A stretch of DNA of 31,757 nucleotides, from the NCBI GenBank assembly GCA_964035545.1, contig CAXIUT010000227.1, positions 35,554 through 67,310 on the forward strand. The letters are read 5' to 3'. The notes beneath the pieces are model-generated. The model was not told the DNA's origin and did no database searches. It saw only the letters and a list, made by a program, of their open reading frames with translations. Origin of the DNA: Bugula neritina (Eukaryota > Animalia > Bryozoa). Positions 10,966-23,675 of this stretch are shown piece by piece. How positions within the stretch are numbered: the first letter of the stretch is position 1; every line of letters begins with the position of its first letter. The translations under genes were made by a program, and so were the position numbers.

Positions 10966-13346
10966 CCTTGTCTTTCCCCATTAACAAACTATCCTTCGTA
11001 ATGCTATCCATTTTCATAGGTCATCACTCCATAGCTGATCTCATTATTTTTGAATCTTCCTCGAAAAGATCCTCCTCCATGATACCTATACAACCCGTTC
11101 AGCTTTTAATCGTTTTTCCATTCGCCTTAGAAACTATCGCCATTCGAATAGCGGTAAGAGCCACTCCCAAACCTTTTCCCATTTTGGATTTTACCTTCAT
11201 AAAACTCCATGTCAGAATATTTTATTTGAGCTGTTCCTTTCATATCATCTTTCTAAAATTAGCCTTGATAGTTAGTATCACTCCAATTGTATAATCCGTT
11301 TCCTTGTTTTTAAGACAAGTGATAACTACCTTCAAAATAATCTCCATTTATATAATACACCTTTGCACTGCCTTCTATATGTGTTTTATTCCAAAATGCT
11401 TATATTTTAGTTTTGTTGGCAAAAGTAATAACTCCTCTTCCACTCTTTTTACCATTCACGAAGTTTCCCTAGTACTGCGTGCCATTGTTATAATAGTAAG
11501 TTCCTTCTCCATTCTTTTTTCCATTTTTCCACATGCCATTATAGACATCTCCGTTGGGATATATCAACTTTCCTTTGCCTGATTTGACATCGTTGAGCCA
11601 TTATCCTTAATAGATGTTTCCATTCGCATAGTAGTATCTTCCGAAGCCTTGTTTTCCGTGTTTGACTTTGCCTTAGAAGGACTATTTGTTGCTGAAGATA
11701 TAGGATCCTTCGAGGAGGAGGTTTTAATTCCAGGTGCCGAAGTAGATATCTCCAGTTAGGTAGATATAGACTCCTTTTCCTTTTCTTTTTTAAGAAAATT
11801 ATTCAACCTAACCATAATATATACTCTTATCATAGTACTACTTCTTTGTGATAGGCATTATTGAAAGCTCTTTTAAGAAAAGTTAAAACCTTTAAAGAAC
11901 TGCAGGATGACACTTAACTTGAGATATTATTTGTCTTATGGGAAGGTTTATCTTTTGTATTTAAATTATCTATTGTGATTTTACATAGTTGTTGTTGGCT
12001 TGAGAGGGATCAATAGTGGTAGTAGTGATAATCACATTTTTTGTATTATGATTTACTGTTTTATAATTATGTTGCTGAGTTGGACGTGGATCTATCACTT
12101 TTGGTAGTTCTTATTAACTTTTTAAAGGAGAAGGTCTAGGTGATATGTAAGGTTGAGATTCAACTTATCTATATGGTTGAGATTCAACTTATCTATAAGG
12201 TTCAGGCTTTTTATTGATTTATTTTGATAGTTAATGACTATGACTTTATGATTAATTTTGTTATTCTTTGATGGTAACAATTTTATGTTGAGAAAAGCTA
12301 TTAGAATGTTGACTTACACTTTAATCTTGAAGCTGTTAAATATGATAGGCATATTAAATAACTTTTTCAAGGCTAATTCTTTGTGATTTTTAGCTTATCA
12401 TTTTTTAGATAATAAATATAAACTTATTTATATAAGGACTGTTCAACTTTTGTAGTACTTAATTAAGAAAAAGGTACATGTAATCTTCTTATTTATAAGA
12501 AATGTATTCAGTTGAACTGGTTTTCCTTGGTTAAAGAGAAGATATCCTTTGAAATTGAGTAATCTGCTACTCGATTCAGCTTTGTTTTAAGATTAGCTTT
12601 AGTAGTGATAAATTAGATCGAGTAAAAATATTCCCATCTGGAATACTATTTCTTAGCTATTCTAACATTCTAGCTCTGCTTAGTGCTATAAGTAGTATGT
12701 CATCTTTTAAGGAGAAATAAACGACTTTAGCCTGAATAAAACTATAAATACCCTTCCAATACTTTATCATACTTTTTTTAACGTTAGTCATAAAGTATTT
12801 TGACTTTAGATGTGCCTTATCCAACTTCTAGAAGGATATTCTAGTTGATGATTTATTCTATTTAAATGCCCATGCTTTTGGTGGTGTGGAGTACATTGAG
12901 TATTTATTTGAAGAGAAAGAGATAGAGTGATTTTCTTTAGGAATAGAAATGATTATTCTATTTATATTAAGATTTACTTTGATGATTTATTATAAAGAGT
13001 GATCGTTGCATTCAAAAGCAGCTTAAATTTCCCCTTATTCTTCTTTATAACAGAAAGCCAATAGTTTACACATCCCATCGATCTATCCGAGTTGTCTGTA
13101 ACTTTCCATATCTAGATAAACAGGTTCTTTACTTTAAAAAACATCGTTTTTTTTATTTTGATCTTCAGCTGTGTACAATCTTGTGGCCACTCTCTTTTGA
13201 TTTTTGTTATTATCTTTGCAGATAAAGTACAAACGACCATAAGGATCTTCATAGGAACGCATCTTGGGAAAACGTTTCTCGAAGTCAGAGGGGTTCAGTT
13301 GGTAGGAGATCCCGAACTAGCTGTTTTTTTAAATTATTGAAGACAT
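10966..13346 (-). CDS. Pseudokinase-like domain plus C-terminal MORN repeats, 3'-truncated at the junction
   Basis: MORN repeats such as YANGNIYEGEWLNDVKSGKG and YENGEHYEGEFVNGERQG. Kinase-like AFECNDHSLEEII..FYSE..ILNVLH..ENILL..VKI with no HRD or DFG. Intron 12958-12977. No stop codon before the telomere tract. Confidence 0.75.
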
Positions 13347-13512
13347 GATTAGAACTTACTTATAATTATAAGGCGGAGTATATTCAATACGTTATATCAA
13401 ACTGGTAACAAATATCATTTGATTTATAAAATTAATACCTATTATTTTTTAAGACTTATTACTATCAGATTCGAGTATAAAAAGGAGAAGGTATAATATA
13501 AATATTAATATT

Positions 13513-15058
13513 ATGGAGAAGAAAATGATAGAGTAGTTATCGACTGATCATCTGAAAGTAAGAGAGATAGCTGAGGTATATAGTTAACTTTAGAGAAGTA
13601 CTGAGCCACTGAGCAATATAATTCGTTGTTCTTTAACCAAGAAGAAGGTTAATTTTAATTATCAGATGCCTATCAACATCAAGTCTGTGTTCCAGGTGAT
13701 AGTTCAACTGACTTATCTTCTTTATTCTTGTTTATTAAAAGAGATGGATGTTCTAGTTGGTCAGTAAAAATATGTCAAAAATCCATAAAGACAGATGATT
13801 TTGCAGTAGGTATTTATTGAGTATCTTTTGGAACTAGAAGTTAATAGAGGAACTGAAAAGGAACAGAATAAATTCAAGGAAAACTTTGTTCTTATCGAAT
13901 TGAAAAAATCTAAGAGTGTTTTTGGATAGTTTGTATGTAGTTTTATTAGCAACATTAAAAAGGAATTGGGATCTTTTCTTCAAGAAATAAAAAATACTCC
14001 TGAAGGAATATACTATCGTCAGATGTAAGATTTAACCTACATAACTTAAAGTTTTTTATAGCCTCAAATAAAAACTTTATCGCCTGTTGTAGTGATACTC
14101 AGTTTATAAGAAAGTTAAATTTTTAGATAGTATAGTCAACTTCTAAAAAGTTTTAACAACTCTGTCTATGTGTCAATTAAATTTTTCAATAAAAGCAAAA
14201 ATATCTACCACCAGCTGCTTAAGATATAGAATGATATGGGAATTAGTAATGTGAATAAGAAAGACTTAGTAAGTTGTGCTAAAAAGATTGAGACATTGAT
14301 AGAGTAGAGTCTTAAGTTTTTGTTAATAAGCAAGATACTTTCTGCTGAGAAGTCCCCTTTCATAGGAAACTTAGATTTAATAGAAGATAAAAAATCAAAA
14401 TTATTCTTTAGGATAAGTTAAAGGAAATACAATATAGAATAGAAAATATATGGCTAAAGTATTTGTGAAGGAACGATCGTTTCGTAAATTTTCTGATAAG
14501 GTTTTTAACAACATAATCAATTGCATAAGTAAGGGATAGTACTAAGAGCTATAATAAAAGTAGAACAAAGACGTGAAGTTAGGACAAATCGGAGGTTTGA
14601 AATAGAAGTAAAAATCTCAACGTAGTGAATGCCAAGTGTAGTATTATTTTAGTCGTTCTATGTTGTGTGTCAAGTATGTTACAAATATTGAACTGAACAT
14701 TGAAAATACTGATCTCTTGATGTTTCATTGCAACCACTTGAGTGTTTCTTGGAACAATATTGCTTTTTAGTTTGTCGATAAGATGAATAAAAATAAAAAA
14801 AGATAAAGGTATTTGGCTTTTAGAACCATCAGCTATCTAGGAGATTCAGATAAAATCATATTTAAAGTCCTGACTATGATCGATCAACTCGTTGTCTATG
14901 GCAAAGTTATAGAGCCTAATCTCAAAAGAAATATCAGAAATATGGAAGAGTATTGTCTGAGAACTTCTGAAGTTAATTAAAAATGCTAGCAACTAAAATA
15001 ACTTTTTATTAAAAAGATATAATAAACCTATATGACTCTCTCTGCCTGGAAACAGTGA
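13513..15058 (+). CDS. Hypothetical protein
   Basis: MEKKMIEELSTDHLKVREIAE... followed by long open stretches under table 30. Likely short introns and frameshifts, no recognised motif. Confidence 0.55.
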
Positions 15059-15147
15059 TATTTATGATGATTTTATTTTAAATATTGACTATCAGAATGT
15101 TATGGCTGATACTCTCCGTTCTTGTAGCTTGTTTTGGAGATTTTTCT

Positions 15148-16361
15148 TCAAGACAAAGGCATCTTGATATTTTAAAGAATACTTTGATGAGAAAAAAGAT
15201 CTGGAATTCCTGACTGGAAGAGAGGTCCTACTCGAATTTTACCATGGCTTTACATGTAGCTAAATCAAAATAGATATACCGTAATTCTCTAAGAGGATGG
15301 TCATCTTTGTTCTTTTCCTTTTTACTTATTTATTTTTATTCACTTCCTACAGGCTGACAACTTTTGTCCTCATTTTATTGAATAGATTTAGACGATATCA
15401 TATTCTTTGCTTGATTTTTATTAGTATTACTAGTCTTTTTTTCAACTATCTTTACTTTTTCATGGGTATTGTTGATATCTTTTTGTTCTTTATATTCAAC
15501 TTGTTTAATGGCATTTATTTATTTCATGATTGGAGGTTATGTTTTTTGATTTTATTTCTTTTTAATAGGTTTGCTTTGTGATTTTTATTGAAAACTATTG
15601 GATTTTGAATCTTTTTCTGGTTTGAATATTTTTTTATGTTTGATATAAAAAGGATTAGCTCCTTTTACCTCAGGTTTTTAAATATTAGTTTGATTATTGA
15701 CATTATTTATCATATTTTTCTTATTTTTTTGCTTAATTATTATCTACTAATATTATCTTTTATCAGGTAGTGGCTATATTTATTTCCTCACCTCTTTATC
15801 TTTTACATTTTATGTCTAATTTATAATTTTATACGGATTTCTATGCTACCTTTCTTCTTACTCTGAAGAAGAGATAATGATTTATTGTTTAACAGGTTTT
15901 TCTATTGGACTTTCAGCTGCTTTTATTCTTTAACTTTGTTGTTGATAGTATGGAAACTTGGACATCACGGGAGGTTGACTATAAGTTTGTCCAAATTGAG
16001 AAGGAGGCATATAAGGTGGATACATGGGAGGTGGAATTCCAGAATAATAAGGATTGTAGGCATATGGACTACCCATTGGATAATGGTTGGGTATTTGACT
16101 CTGGGATTCACTATTACCTTGCATTCGATGGATATTTTTGTAATACTCACTGTAGGGATTCGGCTGAGTCATTGGATGAATATAGGGAGGATTTTAAGTT
16201 TGCATTGAATGTTGCTGAGGGTGATGATGATAGGGGTTGTATGGGTAGGGAGGATAAGGAATGTGATGATTGAACTCATAGGGTTCATTTTAATGGCTAT
16301 GTCCTTGGTTATACTCTTTGCTTTGTTTGTTTTAGGCTTATTATCTCTATTTTTTATTCAT
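15148..16361 (-). CDS. Pro/Tyr/His-rich low-complexity protein with a C-terminal ELM2-like motif
   Basis: N-terminal HHIPYPPYPYNPYHHHPQ. After removing intron 15260-15279 it reads KIRVGPLFQSGIPDL, which fits the ELM2 consensus IRVGxxYQAxIP. 3' end uncertain. Confidence 0.6.
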
Positions 16362-16428
16362 TCGTAATTTTTATAATTATCTTGGCTCACTATTAGTCAA
16401 TATTAATGATTTATTTTTTATCTGATCA

Positions 16429-17069
16429 TCACTGCTTGTTATGCAAAAAGACTGTTTTTCTGAGAAATTGGGGATTATCGATTTCTTGACTGAGAAAAGC
16501 AACAACTCCTTCGCTATCTGCTGGGCTTTCACTCCATCCTTTTTAATCAGCTTCAACCGAACTTGCTCCTACTTTGAACTTCCATAGACATATAGCTGTA
16601 AAATTAAGTTCTGACTGATTTAGTGCTGCAACACATTGGTGATGACACTTAGATCTTTCTTTGTTGGCAAATCCTTCGTTTTCAAAAAGAGGTTTACCTT
16701 AATTACTATTTAGAAGTCCATAAGAAAAGAAACTTATAAATCTTTTTACTCCCTTAGTAGATTTATTATTACTTTTTGTGCCATTTTCTGAGCTACAAGA
16801 TTGGTAAATTGCTGGTGTCTATCTTATGACTAGCCTTCTCTCACTCCAAAACAACTAATAACTGCATCTTTTCCTTCCAAACATTAGTCCCAGACCTCAG
16901 GAGAAAGAGCGTCACCTTCAATAAATCTGAGGAAGATAGAATTGATTGCGAATGAAGCTGCTGATCTAACTAAACAATGAACTTAGTAGTTTTTTATCAA
17001 AAGAGGAATTATTTCTTTGGCAATGTTTCCATTGGCACCAACCACTATTACCTTCTTGCGGTCCATCAT
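16429..17069 (-). CDS. NAD(P)-binding Rossmann oxidoreductase (flavin reductase/BLVRB-like atypical SDR)
   Basis: KVIVVGANGNIAKEII..NYEVHCLVRS..IEGDAL..GKDAVISCFG..GVKRFI. Intron 16753-16772. Spliced length 621 nt, in frame. Confidence 0.85.
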
Positions 17070-17110
17070 GATAAGATATGTGTAAATAACAATAATACGA
17101 CAGTTATATA

Positions 17111-18766
17111 TCAGATCCAGGTAACCCAGTTTCCTCTTTTCCAGATTCCTTTCATTTCTCTTCCCTCAGTAATTTCAACACCTTCTCCTTCCTGAACTCC
17201 TCCTTTCCAACCGCCTATATATCTCACTCCATCACTCCACTTGAATTCACCCTTTCCATGTGGTAATCCGCCTTAATACTGACCATCGTAATAAGTTAAG
17301 TCTGGCATTAGGTGCTTACCAACTAATCTTTATCCCTGTTTAAATACACCAATAAAAGATTATCCATTGCGATATTTAAGACTGCCTTACCCATCAAAAA
17401 TGCCTTACTTGAACTCTCCTTAATAGATAAAATCTCCTTCTTCAAGGTAGCCTCTACCATGATATTTATCATTTACAAACTATCCTTTGTAGTTAATTCT
17501 TGTTTGTTTGAAGGTTTACTCTCCTTTTCCATGTTTTTTATCACATCTCCATTCACCCGAGTAAACAAGAATAGCATTTTCAAAAGTGCCCTGTCCATGA
17601 GCCATTCCATTCGAAATCTACCCTTCATAGTAAGACTGAGGAGTAAGTAGTCTTCCATACCCCCACATGTTGTCGTCCTGCCAAGTCCCTTCATAGTATG
17701 AACCATCCTTACTGTAAACAAAAGTACCCTTACCTGACCTCATACCTTCTTCAAACGTACCGTAGTAAACTCCATTATGATATTTAAAAGGTCCCTAGTC
17801 TCTTTTTTGAAATCCTGAAAGCATCTGTAAACCTGGAGGATATTCTATTCTTTTCATTTGTTTTAGCAATTTGCAAACATGAGGATGAGGTTATGGAAAA
17901 GCTTTTACCTTTTCAATAGGTTTATTTGATGATATTAGCCTGGATGTTCCTCCTGAAAAATTGCTATTTATACTTACCTGACTAAGAGAAAGGTTTCTCT
18001 AGCTGACCTGACTAGTTGAAAGGACTCTAGACTCTGAATAAATCGATGATCTAAGAGTCGAACTGCCTTCATTTGCTAGTAACTCTTTGAAGCGGTCATA
18101 GTATCCAATGACAAAGGTTCTAAAATATTATTTTAACTAATCAAACTTATTTTGTTCTTGTAGAGATGATTTATAAGTGGTTTTATTGGCTTTAGCTGTA
18201 GATATTTTAGATCTAATAGAGATAATGGCTGCTCTGACTTTGAAGACCTTGGCATTTTTTTTGACGAGATCTTCTAGTGATTGTTTATTTCCTTTATCAT
18301 CGTTGCTAAATAGTTTTGAGAAAAAGGATTCCTGTTGACTTTTTTCATAGAGGTATTCATTCAGTATTTTTTTAATACTCATCATTTCTTCGTCAAACAT
18401 ATTCATTTATTTATCAAAGGCTTAGAGATAGATGCAGCGATAGCTATCGGTAATTTATTTAAAAAGATCTGTGAGTATTTAAAAGTCAGCAGTCAATACT
18501 CTACTTTGTTCTCTGTAGAAAGATTTGTGTTAGTTGATATAATTTTCTGAATCTTGGATTCCTTTTTCTAGTCTGGGAATGAGCTATTGTGAGGAAGAGT
18601 ACTAGTAAAAATCTTTTGTCCGATATATATAATTGCCATGTTGGGTGAAATGTAGATTTTATTTTGCTTTACATTATTCACATATCTTACGATTAGTACA
18701 GTTTTAAATAGTACATACAAAGGCAAGAGGCTGACGATGTTTTTGACAAGTTTGCTAATCACTCAT
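17111..18766 (-). CDS. B-box-like zinc finger + coiled coil + MORN-repeat protein
   Basis: N-terminal CQKHRQPLAFVCTIENCTNRKICEECK..H...H. C-terminal MORN repeats such as YYEGTWQDDNMWGYG and IYEGEFKEGIFDGEG. 1656 nt. Confidence 0.85.
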
Positions 18767-18904
18767 TTTATTATTGTTTATTATTCATTAATATCAACAT
18801 CAATAACTAATAGGTATAGTTTAAAACAAATCTAGAAGTTAAAGTTTATCTTTAAAATGTTTACTCATAATTGTTAGTTTATAATTATATTGCCTCATAA
18901 TAAT

Positions 18905-19546
18905 ATGATACTACCTCCAACAGTACTATTCCTCTATTGCCTCATACTTACATCCTTTACACAAGATGCCTTGATATCACCCTCTTCACCTTTCGAAATA
19001 GTCTTCAATCAATCACAACCTATTTCGTAGTCATACTTGATAGAAGTTGATATTGAAAAGTTCTAACAAAATTGGGCTGCAGTCGTATCTTACTTTCAAG
19101 CTAGAAACAATGATGCGATAGTTGAGGTATAGTTCTATATTGTATCCAAATAAGATCCTACACAAGTATATCAAAGGTTGAACAAATGCAGATTCTAAAA
19201 GAATAGACCTCATTGGTGTAGAATAGGACATAATACTCCGCCTATCAACTTGAACTACCACCTTCTCAAAGTAGGTCTTTAGTGTCCAAGAGATTGTCAA
19301 TTTTAAGTGGGAATAGGAATGACTGAAAGCAAATGGAATGGCCAATCTTTTCCAGCTATTCAGGGAAAGTAAATATCTGGTGGTCCTCTGTCAATGAGCA
19401 AGATGAATGCAGCTCTAAAGATAGGAGGATGGATGCTTTTGACTCTTCTTTTGATTTTAGGAGCAATTAAGTTCGCAGTGAAAGTGGCTGATTGGGTGGA
19501 TAGACCTAAGTAAAAGAATATAAGAACTAAAACAAAAAAGGAATGA
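18905..19546 (+). CDS. Type I membrane protein (signal peptide, 4-Cys luminal domain, TM helix, KxKxx tail)
   Basis: Intact 213-aa frame MILPPTVLFLYCLILTSFT...GGWMLLTLLLILGAIKFAV...KTKKE-TGA. Confidence 0.8.
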
Positions 19547-19594
19547 TATTTAAAATAATCTATCAAAATTATCATAATATAAAGAAAATAATCA

Positions 19595-19681
19595 TTGGGG
19601 TTGGGGGTTGGGGTTGGGGTTGGGGTTGGGGTTGGGGTTGGGGTTGGGGTTGGGGTTGGGGTTGGGGTTGGGGTTGGGGTT
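19595..19681. repeat. Internal (GGGGTT)n tract, right telomere of segment 2
   Basis: G4T2 array starting about 48 bp after the preceding TGA. Confidence 0.95.
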
Positions 19682-22600
19682 GTTCCATAGATATCCTTAT
19701 TTGCATTTGATACAAAGTCCTTAGTGGTAATTTAGGCAGTTATCAATAGTTTATGAGCACATTCCGTCAACAACTTGATAGTTATTGGCACATTATAGAC
19801 AAAAAGGAACTCCTTTGATGAGATGGTACTTTTGGCAGTGATATATTTTGGTTGTATGTAGTGAAAAAGATTTAAACGATTTGACTGTTGTTTGTTTGTT
19901 TGATGGTGTGTAGCCCAGAGTTATTATGAAGTTAGAGTAATATTCATTTGAATATTTCTTAGATATAAGTAATTTACCTATGATCTATTGACTATGAGAT
20001 CCATCCAACCATTATCTCTATTGTCTATTACTGAGTAAAAATGCTATAAAAGTAGAATGCTGTAAAAATGAAGAATATCTTGATTTTATTTTAGCTAGTA
20101 TCTCAAAAAACTATAAAGATTGAGATAATTTCTACCATGGTATTTGCTAATATTATGTATTGTCCATTCTTAGATAGTATCCTTGCTTTTAAGTCAGATA
20201 AAATTATCTTTTGCTTTCTATTGAAGGTTTTATTTATTTTTACTTAAAAAGTATTGTAATTTAGTGGTATACTTTTATTGGTATTTTGAATTTAAGAGTT
20301 CTTTTCTATTCTAGAAGGACTATTATTAGAAAATTGTTGGGGTTTTTTGTTTAAATTTTTTAGATAGAAAAAATATTGAAGGATTCTTATTTTATGGAAA
20401 GCTATTATTTGATGATATTGTTTATGCGTTTAAAATAATCATGATTTGGTGTGCTTAACTGATGAGAAGATATTTAGTTTTTGAATGTTCTGTATAATAT
20501 GATGATTGACTATTATTTTTAAATCAAAGCTTAGTAGATGATACTAGCACTTTAATAGATAATATGATAAAAATGACTGTTTTACTGATATTATTTATAA
20601 TTGATTTGTTGATTATTATTATGAATGGCTGTTAGTTGTTCAGTTATTTTTTAGTTATAGATATTATTTTTAATAAAAGTCATTTAGTTGAGTTGATTAT
20701 TAATAACTGGTGATTGGTTTTTGTAGCAACTTGTCAGGAAGTATTACTTTAATATCACTTAAACATTGATTCCGCCCAATTCGATGACTTAGTAGTTAAT
20801 TTTATAACAAAATATTTATGTGCTAGACATAAATTTTATTATCTATTAATACTTTTTCATACAAGTCTTATCGTTTATATGGTCAACTTATAAACAATTT
20901 TATGAATATTTGTTGAAACCTTTCAATGAGGGAGAATGTAACTATAATATTTATACTAATTTTAAAGTATAGGGAGATTCTTGAGAGTATGGAGCCAAAT
21001 TATTATCCACTACTTTAGGAATATTTTATAATTAAGTTTTTATCAAAGATAAAGGACCTCTCCTAGCTTTTTACTCACTCTTTAAATATGATATCTTAGT
21101 ATCAGTGATATTGACATAGCTATTAGTGTTGACTTAAACTAAAAAGTTGAATATTTTGAGGACAGAGCCGTCAGAAAGTGGAAAATTGAATTTCATTGAA
21201 AAGGTAAGTTAAAAATATCTATAGTTTTTATCGTCTGTCCATCTTGACATCTTCTACACTGTGCTGTTTTTAGGAACTCTTTTCACTGAACGGACTATCT
21301 GAATTATAGACTTGTATTTCGGGTTAGAAGTATACTACTTAGGAAGAATTAGCTGTCTGTTTTAAGCATCAATCTATGGCGACTGATTTTATATCTATTG
21401 TTAATTGGCTTTATCCTTCGTATCTTTACTTTTAGAAGTTATTTTATCAACAGAAGTATTTTTAATTATTTAGATAGGTTTTGAAGAATTTTATGATTTG
21501 ATATTGTCAATTATATTTATTGTTATTTTTTATTGTTATTTTTATTTCTAAGATTCTTTTTAGTCATTATTATAGGAAATAAAATTGTTATTATTTAAAG
21601 TTTATTGTTTTTATTTTTACTATTTTTATTACCTCTTAGTTTATTAGTTTTATTTTTTTATTTATTTGTTAGTTTATTAGTTTTATTTCTTTATTTATTT
21701 GTTAGTTTATGAGTTTTATTTTTAATCTTTTTTACTTGTTTTTTCTTCTACTTTTTTAGAATTGTTTTATTTTTTAGTTTTTGTGGATGATTTATTTTAA
21801 TAATGAGATTTTTATTTGAATCCTTCGGGAGCAGTGACTATTTTGAGTTAGTTATTATCGATTTCTACCAAAAATAAATATTTTTATTCTGAAGTGCATC
21901 CATAAGTGATGTTATATCTGACGATATTAACTATTGCTTCTTTTTTAACTATCCAGCTGTAATCTACATTTTTGATTGCACAATTTTTAAGATTTTATCC
22001 ATACATATTTAAGAGTAAAAGGTTTATTTTCGGAAGAAATATATCTTCTTCTATTTTATTTGTTATATTTATATTTTTAAACTGAGATAGTTGAGGACAT
22101 CTAGAGTTATTTAAAACAATAGATTTGTTCGTACCATCTTTTTATCTCAATCTTAATTATTATTTCTATTTTGACTACTACCTCTTCTTTATGCTTTTAT
22201 CTTATTTATTACTAGTTTCACTAGTTTATGATTATTTTATATTCGAGATGAGATGTTGAGCCAGTGAAGAGTCAGATGCTTGGAAGTCGACTATTAAAAA
22301 TTGATTATTTGATTTGCTGATTGAAAAGATAAATTTGGAATATTTATATTATTTACTTATTTATTTTTTAAAGTAGATGCAGTAGGTATAATTTTTTATA
22401 AATTAAGACAATGCTTCTATCTAAGAATGAGGAGAGGCATAATGATTTTGAATTGATACTGCATAACCGGTTGAAAAAATAGGGTTTAGAGTTATTTGAT
22501 TTATATCAATAGAAACTTATTAATTCTCAACCATTTATAATTATTATTATTATTATTATTACTCAGATTTGCCTTAAAAAGATATATTAGTAGATTTGTA

Positions 22601-23634
22601 AGTGATATTATCTTAAGTTTTAATATTTTTTGACCCATTATCTTGAGATAAGTTTTACTCTTAATTATCTTTTTTAATTTATGTAGTTTATTCCTTTGAA
22701 TTTAACTTTTTATCTATTGTTTTTTAGTTATTTTATAATGAAGATATATCAAGAGCCATAAGGTCATTTTATTCGGCTTGATATTTATAAGAAACAACAC
22801 CTTTTTGTTGATTAAGATAGAAAAGAGTTATATTAAATGTTTTATTGTTTTATTTCCAAAATCCTTTCATATACTTTTATTTTAACATCTTTTTGAAATA
22901 TCTACCTAACATGTTTCCGATTTTCAATCCTGCGTCACTATCTAAATCATTCCAACTCTATTGGCTTAATAAACTATATCTGATAGATACTATCTCCATA
23001 TAACTGATCCTACCTTCATCAGCCTAAATCGCAAACATAAGATCTACAAAACCTTTAGGACTATCTATCTAGTAGGTTAAACGATATATAGATAAAACTA
23101 TTTACTAATGCTTATATTTAGTAGAACATTTATAGAAAGGAATTGATGTTCCTGAAGGCATTATTTTCTGTTGGATTGACTAAGCTCTTTGATAAAGAGA
23201 ACTTTTGCTGAGAAAAGTATGATTAGCTAGAGAAGTATAGTTTAGCCAATCGACCCAGATTTCTAAATTTTATGCTAAATATTTTTTGCCTTCTTTGAGC
23301 AGTAAATCTGGCTTTACAGCTTAGTGTAGATCTGGTTAGAAATTACTCAGCTTTTCTATTTCTATATTGAATCCTGTATTAAAACTATTATACTTGGATG
23401 AAAACAAGCTCCATTTATTAGTTGGTAACTTGATTAACACTTTTAGCAGTCAAAACCTTGGAAGTATTATGCACAATGTGGTATATCGAAGAGACAGTTA
23501 TTGCGATAGAGATGCATGTTTTATGAACATTGGGTGCATAGTTTTTATTTGAACTAGAGACAGCACTGGCTGGCTTGTGTAGGGAGGAGAAAGGAACATA
23601 ACAGAATGATGAGTAGAGTTTTCAGGTATGTCAT
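19682..23634 (-). CDS. Large secreted/surface protein with CxxC repeats, 3'-truncated at the junction
   Basis: Signal peptide MTYLKTLLIILLCSFLLPTQA. Cys repeats CTQCSEN and CEKCESSYQLINGAC near the start, CLECANNYQVVDGMC and CIKCKEGYLW at the end. E/N/K-rich spacers. Continuity as one gene is inferred across frameshifts. Confidence 0.6.
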
Positions 23635-23675
23635 TAATTAATTTATATGGTAACCAGTCTTTCATATGTTAAATT

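Noticed and set aside
10899-11294. Plus-strand ORF MGVGVGVG... from the ORF track
   Set aside because: It is the translated telomere repeat plus the antisense of the MORN gene.
13112-13132. Possible 21-nt intron
   Set aside because: It is a multiple of three with no stop codon, so it cannot be distinguished from coding sequence without transcripts.
15885-16273. Plus-strand ORFs overlapping the Pro/Tyr-rich region
   Set aside because: They are antisense shadows of the minus-strand gene.
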